Shown here in pieces: positions 34,095-46,189 of a stretch of 64,000 bases of DNA. The stretch lies in NCBI GenBank assembly GCA_047495785.1, contig JBLDXI010000021.1:1798001-1862000 (forward strand). The letters are read 5' to 3'. The DNA comes from Lepidodermella squamata. Lineage: Eukaryota > Animalia > Gastrotricha. Position 1 is the stretch's first letter. Every line of letters starts with the position of its first letter. The notes under the pieces were generated by a model. It made no database searches. It was not told the DNA's origin and saw only the letters and a program-made list of their open reading frames with translations. The position numbers were made by a program, and so were the translations under genes.

Positions 34095-36407
34095 TTACTG
34101 GCGAAGATGATAAGGCGGATAGAGCGACGATGAAGAAGGCGGTTGGTATGCAGGCTGGTTTTGTGGCATCGCATACCCGCCCTGGCCGCTGCCTCCCGAT
34201 GAATTCGGCGTCAGCGTACCGCCTGTGCTGCCGTTCGGAATCGTCGCGAACTGTTGCTGCTGAGTGTACTGCGTTTGTTGCTGCAAGTAGTTGTGAGGGC
34301 CGCTGAAATGCGATCCTGATACGCTGTTCTGCTCGGGGTAGTTGCCAGCCAACATTCCGAAGTGGCCCATTTGAGGCGTCGCGTTGCCCATCAAAGGCCG
34401 CATGACCTTAGGAGTGCACGGCACGTTTCCGATCAAGGCTGGGTGATTGCCGATGTGAACAGGCAAGTAACCAGTACCAGTGCCAGTTGTTGAGCTGTTA
34501 CCGCCTCCGCGCTTCATCGCCGCAGCTGCAGCAGCCGCCGCCATTTTGGCGCGCTTCGAACCACGCAGATTTCGCCGTCGCACCATGTAGACTACAACGC
34601 CGATCAGTGCAATAAAGACAGCAATAGGAACGCCGATGATGATAGGAAGGCTCGACGATTTGGCCAGCAGAGAATTTTCGGCGTCGTTCAACGAGCCATC
34701 ACCGCGGTCAGAAATCGACGAGCTCGACGCCACCAACAGCACAATGTCGCGAGTTTGAAGGCCGTAAGCATTCGACGCCAAACAAGTGTAAGCACCGTCG
34801 TCCTTAGGCGTAACGTTCGATAGGACCAAACGTTTGACGTAAGTGCCATCGCGCAGTGTTTCCATGTCGTTTTGGCTGCTTTCGAGGATGGCGTATTTCT
34901 CACCCTTGATAATTTCGAACATGTTGGCGTTCTTGTACACAGATTTACGATCGGACAGGATCGACTCGTCAACGATGCGGCGGAACCATTTGACGTTTGG
35001 CCGCCCGGCAGCGGATTGAACCTTGCATTCGAGAGTCGCCGTTTCACCAACATTGGTCGCAATTCGAATCGGGGTGTTAGAATTTCCCGGTAAAATTCGC
35101 GGCTCCTTGAAAGAAGGGTCGATGACGTTGACTTCGAACGTTCTTTCGATGCTGCCGTACAGATCTTCAGCTTTGCACCGGTACGAACCCGAGTCAGACG
35201 GTTGTAGTCGGGTCAGTTCGATGGCGCCGGCGTTTGCGCTCAGCACTTCGCGGCCATCCTTGTACCATGCGTAGACCGGAACAGCGGTTGGGCTTTCGGC
35301 CTGGCACGATAGGGTCAAGTCAGAGCCGACCATGACTTCGTAATTGCTTGGCACATTGGCCTGCACGAAGTAAGGCAGTCGATCGCCAGCGGCACCGCCA
35401 GCTGATTGCGCAGAATTGCCAGTCGACGAGAAGTTGGCTGGAAAAGCAAATAAGCAAAAGTTTAATTTTCGTTATTCAATTTAGCTTCCTTCTTCACTGT
35501 CAATGACCCGGATGACATTTGTGGCTTAACGAATCGCTTAGGATTAGCCGGCTGCAAGTGCGGTTACGCAAGCTATAAAATCGATCGCATTATTGGCGCA
35601 TGAAATCACTCTTGATGGCTTAATTGCATCAGCCCGATAAAGCCGCTAATGGATCGCCTTCGCACCTATAAGCCTGAGTAAATACTGCAATGGCGCGCTC
35701 CCATTCAATCCCGAACCATGAGAAAAACACTCAAACACTAACCTTTGACGAAAAGTCGGAACACGTACTCGCGACTGCCAAAGCCATTCGTGCCGCGGCA
35801 TCGGTAAGTACCCGAATCCAAATAATCGAGCTTCCGAATAATAATTTCTGAAAGAATTGAAACGTTAAAAATAAAAAAAATTAAACAAAATCGGTAAAAA
35901 ATACTTTGCTTTTTCTTTGCGAAAGAAATCGTGTCGTCGACGAGAGCCGCTTCATGAACGGGCATGTCATTTTTCAGCCACTCGTATTTGACAGCAGCGC
36001 CGACGATGGGACATTCGAATTCGATCGTGTCACCAGCGTTTCGCCGGGTATCTTCGCGGTCGCGATTCACGGTTAGTCTGGGCGGTTCTGTTGCATAATA
36101 AAAGATCATAGATTAATGATAATATTGCGCCAAATCAGCTATAGTAGGTGTGGTTCGAATTATCGCGCATCTATAACGCGCCACATGTGCGAAAATCAGC
36201 GTGCGAAGCACTAGAAACAGGTTCTTCGCACCGATGCGAACGAATAGAATTAAAACACGCGTAACCGGGTGCGAAATTAATTACGCAACCCGACTCGTGA
36301 CTACCAGACTGATGATTATCTAAAATCTTGACAAAAAAATTACCTCGCCCAGCGAAGGAAGATGCGACCAGAATTGGTAAAACGATTAACGCAGCTGCTA
36401 TCCGCAT
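34095..36407 (-). CDS. FGFRL1: FGF receptor-like 1 / nou-darake-like: signal peptide, 3 Ig domains, TM, kinase-less tail
   Basis: Exons 36407-36344, 36087-35905, 35847-35743, 35437-34095. DSGTYRCRGTNGFGS, DSGSYRC, GETATLECKVQS...P.VKWFRR, DGTYVKRL...DDGAYTCLASNAYG; TM LPIIIGVPIAVFIALIGVVVYMV; no kinase domain. Confidence 0.82.
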
Positions 36408-39400
36408 TCTGGTCGAATAAATCGACAATAAAAATGAAATCTAAACAAAAATAAAGAGCGTTAACAGGTTAGTTATCAAGCACACGTTAACAATCGGCGA
36501 AAGATTATGATAAATTTGGAGTGTGGCGCTGTCATTTTCCGAGACGCGCTTGCGTGAAGAAGTCACAAGTGTCGTATAAACAACGAATATAACAGAAAGG
36601 CCGGATAGACACCTAATATTTGGTGTAGTTATAAAAGCGCAATTCGGAAGAAATAATAGGCTGAAGGTGACGGCAACAGTTTATAAAACGATGATGACGA
36701 CGTGAGACCGGGGCCCGTGTTGCGAAAGGCAAGCGTGAGGCCAATTAGCACCAGCACCAGACGACAAAACGCTCACGGCACCCGCTGTGCCCAACCGGAA
36801 GCATCACGTTAGCCTGAGATTTCTCTTAAAATGCTCCCCCACAGCGACCGGAAGGTGGACAGAAACACTCGAACGCCAGGGGTCTCACAAACGCACTGGG
36901 AAAGTGCACGTCACACCGTTAAACTTATCAGATGGGTAAAAAACTTATTTCTGCTCTGAGAATTACGAAAGGCGAGGATGGAAGATGCGGCAAGTGTTGA
37001 CTCTGAGGGCGCATGTTAGGATGCAGATGATGGGACGTTGAGGAATAAGGGGTTGAGATGATGAAAGACGACGGTTGCGGCGGATGACCGCATAGGCACA
37101 CGAGTGACCAACAGACAACTAAGAAGGAGGATGATGTAGACAGAGAATGGGGGAGCACATCGTCGTCCCTACTAACAAACACCTAGTGCGCGTTTGTGTT
37201 TGCGTTGTTGCGAAGGCTACGGGTCTTCGCGCACAGTGGTTCAGGAGGAGTCGGGGCGGCGAAGAGATGTTGTGCGAGTGCGCCTATGGCCAAATACTTC
37301 AATCGCCGCAACCCATCATCGGCGAAGCGCCACCCGCCCTGCGCCACGAGTCGGCCGCAACTAGGCTTCAGTTTTGTTAAGCTATAAGCTGCATTAGCCC
37401 GCTAACGCACACACGCACGTTGTATAAATATTATACTATTATTATTATTGTATTTATATTACTCTCCACAGCAGGAGGATTCGGGCGCGAGTTGGGTGCG
37501 CATTGTTGGGATTTAAATGTTTATTCACGTCCGTAATTTGTTCCATTCTACACGTTCTTTTACCGAAAACTAGACAACGAACTAGGCGCGAGCTATGGCA
37601 CAATTGTGCGTAGATGAGGGGACGAGAAAATAATAACCACATAAAATCCGCGATATCCGCTCCTATATCGATATATTTACTACTGCTATCTACAATGCAA
37701 ATCATATAAGCGAGCACCATCGAAAGGTGATGATCGTGAGGCGCTGAAAAATACGCCGTAAATACCGACAAGGTCTAATAACAATAATGGTTTGTAATAA
37801 ATGCGGGTAAAAGGTGTAAGAATCAATCGGCTCATCGCAACGCCGGCGCATTCAAAAACTATCCTCTGGTAAAAAGAAGAGCATACAAACAAATAACAAA
37901 ACAACATCCCCGTGGCGGAGATGCTTGTTTCTTATGATGATCTCTATCATCTCTCGTTATCTCTCGCATTTCTATTTACAACCAGGATTTCTCGCGGAAG
38001 GTGAGAAGTTTCGTATGCAGTGGCAAAAAGATAAGCTGTGAGTTTTTACCATGAGTTGTGCCGAAAAATAACAATCAACGAATTGGCTTATTGCCGATAG
38101 CTATAAGCTTGGTTGAGGCGCATCCCAAGCCGGGACAAATCAGGCATATTATAATCAAGTATGCTTAGGTAAACAGGTAGGATGAGTCCGATAGATTATT
38201 CTGTAAGCAATGGAGAAAATTGGCGTCGCTCTTACGCGCTTAGTGTTTACTGACAACGCGATAACTGAAACTTATTTTAAGCCTTTCTGGTCGATGGCGA
38301 CAATAATAATAATAGTCAGCGCTACTGGTAAGCAAAATTCATTATCGTGTCTTATTTGTTATTTATTTACGGGCAGCGGTAGAGACTGGGCATTTGTTAA
38401 TAAAATTGAACAGGAAATTGTTAGTATTTTTACCAAATTTTGTGATGAAAATTTGTAGCTGCGCCATACTATAAGCAGCGCTGGTTATAATATTAATGAT
38501 AATAATGCGAAATTGGTCAGTAGCTAGGGTGCGGTGATGAATGGCAGATGCGAGCGTGCATCGAGAGCTCGCCGATTATGGCCGTGGTGGTGACGGCAGC
38601 AGCGACAGGCCGAAACAAAAGATCGATCGGAGGCGCCATTAACGCGTCGAGGCTCGAAAAGTGTGGACGATCTTTAGAAGCCTGACAATTAATGACCGAC
38701 TCCCTTGTGTTTTCATTACAACAATGATCATCGGCCGGTCAGCGGATAATCTCATGATGTTATTAGTCGCTGATGGCAATAATAAAAGCGGCGTTGTTAA
38801 TGAGGATTCGGTGCATAATGGCGTCACTAACGCACGACAATGGCGCCAAAAATTGTCATAATTTCAAGAAAAATTCGCCGAAAAACATATGCGAGGCGAA
38901 ATTACGGTTTAACGCGCGTATTGAGGAGATAATTTTCGAATAATCATAATCGGGTGAGTCTGATGAAAGAAGTAAGATGCGCATTCATCCGTGCGACCGC
39001 ACGTCTGTTCATCGCAGGCGCATCATAATACACCTACCAAGACAATGACAGGCTGACCCGTGCCTTCCAGGCGCACGTGTACAGTAGTAAGAAAGTTATA
39101 AGAAAGAAAACGCGACGGCGGTTTTCTGGCCGGCGCAGTTGTCGCGCGCGCACGTGTTCAACAAAACTTGAGCCAAGAAACGATATTAATTGGGCTACTA
39201 ATTGAATGACAGCATATGGGCAGACCTGGACTTTCTTTTCAAAAGTAGAAGTGGGAGAGCAACGGTTAGCTGCTGTACATGCGCGATACGGCATAAATAA
39301 TGGTGTATATGTTTTAAAATTCGCCACTGGGCGCTCCTAATTGTGAAAGGCATGAGCTCAGAATTAGCAATTTGCCTACACCATGGTAGGTCTATGGCAG

Positions 39401-41343
39401 GTTAAGAAAGCAGACGTGACGGCAATCGGTCAACGTCGTGCCATTTTGGCATGTTTATCTGAGATGCGAGCTAACAGATTCGACTACTGCTGTGCGACAT
39501 GATGTTGTACATTTGAGATGATGATGGGCAATATTAACACGGGACGCGTTCGGTTTCACACCCAATTTGCGACAAACCCATTATTAAGCCTGGTCAAGTG
39601 GCAGCTTAGCTCAGGGTGGCCGCGGGCCTGGCTCGCTTGACACGTCCGTCAAGTTGTGTGCTGACCGCGCTCCACCTGCGCGAACTGGTGGAGGAACGAC
39701 ACTTGACGCGGTTTTCTCGAGGCAACCGCGTGAACCGCGTATCGTCACGACGTGTTGTTGAGAGCAGCGTTGAGAGCGCGGCGATTTCGCGTCTCGTCAA
39801 ATGAATCCAGGGCTGTCTGTCGATCGCGAATCGCATCCGCAGATCTGCGGCGCCTGACAAACAGATCATCTCTTTAGCCATCCGTGGCGGTCGGTGCAAG
39901 TTGAAAGGCGCACCTTCGCATTAGGGGGTTCTATAAAAGTTCTCAGCGGGTAAGCTGGCGCCGTGATAGCCACGGCGGACCGCGCAAGATGTCAAAGCGC
40001 GCATACCGCAAGCGCACGTCTTCGTTACTGGAGTCGATTAGAAGATAGTCACAGGCCGTCTTTCATTTTACGTTTAGGCTTAAGGCGGCAATTAGCCATC
40101 CATGACACATCCATGAAACTTGAAAATATATATACGCTTGGTCAATTTGATTTTTCTTTGATGAAGAGAATAGATAATACGGCTTTTGCCTGACACTGTT
40201 GTGATTGAAATTCACCTTGATTGCAGACACGGCGTATAGAGAATATTCGAAAGGTGGTATTTGCTAAGCTTGATTTTCGGGTTGACTTTCGTTTTATATC
40301 GGAACAAAGTACTGTTTTGACCCAGAGGTGAAAAGAAATCGAAAAAACTCGAAGGCAACAGATTGTTAATAAATGCTTAATTTTTACGCCTGCCGCGCAG
40401 CACTTTTTGCACGGGTCTCACTGCCGCGTTCATTTCGCTATATATTTTTTTGCTTTTCCGCCGAAAAAGTTTATCTGTTAACCGGCCAGAATTTAGTCGA
40501 CCCAACCGGCGACCTGACCTATGCGACGTAAGGTCTGCATGACGTACTGTTTTCAGATTTCCAATTTCATTATATGACATTGTATCAACACAGGCGAGTT
40601 TTCAAGAAAGTGCCTTCTAGAGAATGTCACGGGGTCAACGGATCATTGAAATTCGACTGCTCATCAAGTTCGTTAAAGATTCGAATGGAATATGGAAAAC
40701 GATCCAAGAACGCAAAAAACTATTGCGCTATTCATAATCACCTTTACCATGAGTTGAGATAAACAGTAAATATGTCAACATTTTTATAGCAAATGGCTTC
40801 TGTAAAATGATCTCGAACCCAAAAATACCTCTTCAGCCTATTCAATACCTAGGCAACATTTTCTAATTCAAAGAAGTGCGCAAAGCATGAATGTAAAAAG
40901 TACCAACGTCTTTCTTTGGTAAATAAGAGAACGCGCACCTTTGCATGGTAAAAGTTGGCTGGCGGCCCGGATATGTCGTCGCTTCGTCGGGTTGAGTATA
41001 CTGTGTAAAACGCGACACTGAGATACATATATTATGCATATTATTCGGGTGGAAAAAACCAAGACTTGACAGAGCATATACTGATCTAGACTAACTTAAT
41101 GTACTTAATTTACTTAATGTAGCAAAGTGTTTGCTACATCAAGTTTGACGCGTTGATCAAGGTGATGCGTTAATCATTATTAAGTATAACATTCTCTTTT
41201 CGTTATTCATTTATAGGCATTATCTGGGCGCTTTGTTTTGAAATTGCAAATTTGTATTTTTTCGAGCGTATAGCTTTTGAAAAAGGGACAACGCACAAGA
41301 GTCGTCTCCACCACACACCTGTAAAAATATTAGTTAACGTGAA

Positions 41344-42393
41344 ATGGGCGATCCACAAGCTACAGTAATACATCAAGCTTCCGAGGAAGTCAAAGACAAC
41401 CCTTCGTGTGGCGAATGCTGTTGCAGATGCTGCTCTATCTTTTGGTTCGTGGTCGGGTTGCCGCTTTCGCTAACTTGCGCGTTGAAAGTAATCCAGGAAT
41501 ACGAAAGAGCGGTCCTCTTCAGAGTAGGGTATGGCAAAGCAATATATCAACCTTATTGTTTGTTAACGCATATACTAATTTTAGACGTGTTCGAGGAGCA
41601 GCTTTGGGACCTGGCATAATCACGGTCATGCCTTGCGTTGACAAAATTCGTATAATCGATATGCGCATGCAGACCTACAACGTGCCGCCCCAAGAAATTC
41701 TGACCCGCGATTCAGTTACAGTTTATGTTGACGCCGTTGTGTATTACCGCGTCCAAAATGCAAATACAGCTGCCTTGAAGGTCGAAAATTATGCTTCGAG
41801 CACTCAGCTTGTGGCAAGTACCACGATCCGCACCGTTTTCGGCACCAAAAGTTTGGCTGAAATTTTGTCAGATCGCGAGCATATCAGCCAAACCATAGGT
41901 ACAAATAATCAGAGACGTGTGGTTATGCCCTCACACAAGAATATACTTTTTTACTTATCCAAAGGTCAAATGCTCGACGAAGCCACTGAACCTTGGGGCG
42001 TCAAGGTGGAACGAGTCGAAATCAAAGATGTGCGTTTACCACAAGGAATGCAACGTGCGATGGCCGCAGAGGCAGAGGCAGCTCGGGAAGCCCGAGCCAA
42101 GGTAGTATCGGCTGAGGGTGAGCAGAAAGCCTCCCGAGCTTTGAAAGAAGCAGCCGATATCATTAGCGAATCACCTGGGGCAATGCAGTTGCGTTACCTC
42201 CAGACTCTCCAAGTAATATCGGCTGAGAAAAACTCAACGATATTGTTTCCCATTCCTTTGGAAATGTTACCGGGTTGGTTCATTACAGTCAAAAGGTTGT
42301 TTTGCTTACAAGTTGGTGAATTTTTATTTAGGATATCGAGGCCGGAATGACAAATCTGGCTCAGCTAATGATAAACAAACCGCGTGGTCATAG
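41344..42393 (+). CDS. Stomatin / band-7 (mec-2-like) protein; exons 41344-41528, 41585-41898, 41965-42273, 42332-42393
   Basis: KVIQEYERAVLFRVGR, GPGI...PCVD, VPPQEILTRDSVTVYVDAVVYYR, WGVKVERVEIKDVRLP, QRAMAAEAEAAREARAK, LRYLQTL...AEKNSTILFPIP; Cys cluster before the membrane hairpin. Confidence 0.95.
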
Positions 42394-42560
42394 TGGATAT
42401 GCGAGTTTACGACAAACACTGAAAGATTCCACGATATTCTGAACACTGAACATAATATGAGTTTTTACAAGCTTTTCAAACGGATTCTTAGATAGATTGC
42501 CTGTTTTTTGAACAACGTGCAGTTTAGTTGAATGCGGACAGGGTTTCCCATTCGTCATTA

Positions 42561-45283
42561 TCATTTCGAAGGGCCACTGCGTTGATGAATATTGTTAGTA
42601 CTACCACGCTTTTGGGAAGAGTTTTGACGGGAGGCTCGGTATTTTGCCCCAGTTTTATTTGTTGCCGGTGCATCTTCGTAATCGACCTGTTCCGTATTGG
42701 CAACGCTTGCAGCGACAGGATTTACGCCGACGTGGGGATCAAAGCCCTTTTTTGTCATCTCGTGCATCGAATCATCGTCGGCAATTGTGGTGGCTATATC
42801 CTCGGTAATTTTACCAGTTCTAAAAGCCTCGTCCCAATTTTCTTCACGTTGGAACTGCTTTTTCCAGAAGCGTTCGCGCCTGATGCGTTCTTCTTCGATA
42901 ATTTGCCGGCGATTTTCCTCTTTCTGCTTCTTCAGTTGGTCAAGCTTGTTGGATTCTTGCTTGGCATACTGGTACAGCAAATTGAACCTATTGGAAATGA
43001 GGGGAACCTGAAATTGGAATAAATTCCAAGTTATCAGAAATATTATCTGGATGGCAAACCTGAAGTGACAAGAATAAAACTCCAAGGACGGCGCATAGAG
43101 ATCCGATGATATATCCAGCGGCACTTGTTGGGTACAAGTCTCCATAGCCCACTGATCACGGAATTAAAATTCAAAGTAATATTCAGATAGTCGCACGAAT
43201 TACCTGTCGCCATGGTCACAATCGCCCACCACATACCAATATGCGGCTAAGAAAATATAATTTTATCATCACGATTTTAGCAGGATTTTTAATCATTTTC
43301 CACCTGATAAATATTTGACGTTAAAGATTTTTGACCAGGATCCTTTCCTGAAGTTTGCCACATCTCGGGAATGACGATAATGTATCCAAAAAGCATGACA
43401 AATACGAATACGAGACCGACAAGTAACATCAGTTCCGTAAACCCTCGTTTCAATGTTAGCAACAGCACTCGCATCCATGAATAGCGGGGCGAGAAAAACG
43501 GAATTCGCATCCTTATGATTTGAATCAAATTGTTTTGTATATGAAACAGGCGATTCGATTTTTCGAGAACTCACAGTCGAAATACCCGAAGAATTTCAAT
43601 CGCCAAGTAAACCTTGAGCAAGCTGACGTTGCACCAAAAGTGACCTTGGGAAATTTCGACGAGGGCGAGCGAGAAAAAATTTCCAGCTTCAAATTACTTT
43701 CAATTTATAACATTTGATGAAAATAATTCTAAGCAAATACCGAGGCATATCAGCTCAATGATGTTCGGGGCATTGCACAAAAAGAGCACCTGGAAGAATA
43801 ATCGTCCCAAATAACGTTCAACTATTTTTTATTAGTAAGGCTTACCTTCGAAGGGAAGCAGATAAAACGCAGTATCAGGTCGATGGTAAACCATAAAATA
43901 CAGATGACATCGAACCATCGGAGAATAGGATGTGGATGGGTGAGAAAATAGAGTTTTACGTTACTCAAAGGGTTGCTTGGTTCGTAGCGCAGGCAATGCG
44001 TCGCATTCGTTTCTGCTGTAGGCGGATGCTCAACTCGGAAAGACGTGTCCAATTGGAGCACAAATGATACCGCAAACATGAGAGCAATAATCATGTACAA
44101 GTAGAAGTATAGCTAGAAAACAAAACGTAAAAAAAAGGAAATATAAACGGTAATTTGGCGCTTACATAGCTTCTCCAATTGGTTTCGACTTCGTACAAAA
44201 ATTTATAAAGAGTTCCAAGTTGCAGCATTCCGACGTTCATTTTATCAGCATCCACTTTCTCCGCATTAAACAAGCTTTGAACGATTCGAGTGTTCACCAA
44301 GTGATGTTCGTGCATTCGAAATGCTGTAGTGAAGTAGTTGAACTTTCGAACCCTAATATATCTCGTTCGCATGGAAAATACTTACAATTCATACAGCATT
44401 CAGGTATTGCAGATTGCTCAATGCCCCAAAATTCCAACTCGTCTTTGATGAAATTCCAACACATTGTGTGGGGAACATGCAATGTTCCTGTTCTACATAA
44501 TGGTGTTGACATTGAAGGAAACTGATATTAGAGCGTAAAAAATCACCTGTAGTACTGCAATATATGAGGAAAAATAATCGGATTTCGATCGCAATAAAAC
44601 TCCAAAACCGCGTTGTCGCTGTCATTATTTGGAAATTTATTGTTGTTCACGTCCGAGGCGATGTCACTTGCAGCATCTGATCTAGGCCTAATTAGAGCGG
44701 CAATACTTTCAATTAATTAGTTACCTGCTCCTGACATTTGCAACATTGGCGGTCCCTCATGAACTGCTGATGCGACTGCTTGCCCCAATCGAGTGCCTGA
44801 AATAACAGATAAAACAAGTGCTAGATTTTGTTTCTGCGAATAAGTACCTGCGTGAGATAATATTGGTTCTCTTGGACTGACAAATCGAATGCCTGTGAAC
44901 AATTGCTAGACATGAATGAGCTCTTCATGATCAGCCAAACCTGAAACTACAACAGCAACGTAACCGCTTCGTCTCAATTCTAGCTGTTTTGTATCTACGT
45001 CCTCATCGGGTGGGTTAAAGGCCTTCTTAGTGTGCACCAGCGATGGTCTATGCGCTGCGGATGCGTCGCCCTCAACAAAACTGTTGAATTTCTTACGATT
45101 CGCATTCGCCTGTGCAACTAATGCTGGAGGCCGTTGCGATGGCTGTGGCTTTTTGGGCAGTGGGCTTGGAGGTAACACGTCGTACTCATGCTCTGGGCCT
45201 TCGTTGGATTTGGAATGATGCGATGTTGATACGTTGTGATAGTCACCTTCAAACCTTGAAACTGATGGCTTAGCATTTTCCAT
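42561..45283 (-). CDS. Divergent voltage-gated K+ channel subunit, Shaw/Kv3-like, many short exons
   Basis: T1 domain [30 protein letters not shown]...ELEFWGI...PECC; S1-S6; pore WWAIVTMATVGYGDLYP; S6 GVLFLSLQVPLISNRF. Confidence 0.88.
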
Positions 45284-45446
45284 TTCCTTAAATTATTATA
45301 AACAATTCAATTCACCTCCTTGGCCGACCGGGTTGATGAATGAGGTGCGCAAATTAGTTGTATTCAAATATTTACAAACGAATTGTTGATTTACGCATGT
45401 GATAAATAAATACAGAAAACTCCTCAATGAATGAGTCAATAAAATT

Positions 45447-46189
45447 TTATTGCATTCTATTAAGATAGTACTCTTCCACATATTCAGGCACACGCTTGAA
45501 CGCGAGAATTTTGCGTTTTATTTGTTTGGGAGTCATTTGGTCTTCGTTGCGTTTGTCTTTTGCCATGGCGAAAAGAATCGACTTCTCAGTTTTCTTCGAC
45601 GATAACGCTGATGGGTCAGTAGGGTCGCCGTGAGTAGCTAGCATATAGCCAATTATTTGAGCAACGGGTCTCGAGAGGGCTATGGTCTTTCGACGTTTTA
45701 CGTGAGCGGCCTCTTCCAGAGCTAGATAAATATATGTTGATAACCAGGAAAATATGTTGATATCGTAAAACGTACATTCTCGGACATGAATATTTGCAGC
45801 CTCTAATGGTTTCGAGCAATCCACTTCCATTTTTCCATCCGCACCTAGTTTCAAATGGCCTACTTCTGGAACCTAGCAAATAATTTTCAACAAAAAAGTT
45901 GACAAGTTGAGCTGCAAGTAGGTATATACCGGTTTCTTTTTCATGTCAAACAGCTTGTTCGGATCGGCCATTAGACCCATTGATCGCAGATTAGCCTCAA
46001 TAGATTTACCATCTTGCCAAACAGAGCGAACGTCCTCACTGAAGCGATAGTTTGATGCAGGATTAAAGCAGATATTGGAAAATGTTACTTTTTAATCAAC
46101 GCCTGTTTCTTTGATTTTTTCCATTCCCGCTTTCTGTTTCGATTGTACTGGTATTTTCTTCTGATGCGTTGTTTACGAGATTGGCCCAT
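45447..46189 (-). CDS. NOP16: Nucleolar protein 16, 4 exons
   Basis: MGQSRKQRIRRKYQYNRNRKR...SVWQDGKSIEANLRSMGLMADPN...AMAKDKRNEDQMTPKQIKRKI; AATAAA overlaps the stop codon. Confidence 0.88.

Noticed and set aside
29335-45775. Five stop-free 3n introns (STARD7, FGFRL1, stomatin, Kv, NOP16) that make ORFs read through
   Set aside because: About the number expected by chance among roughly 50 short introns; homology supports their removal.
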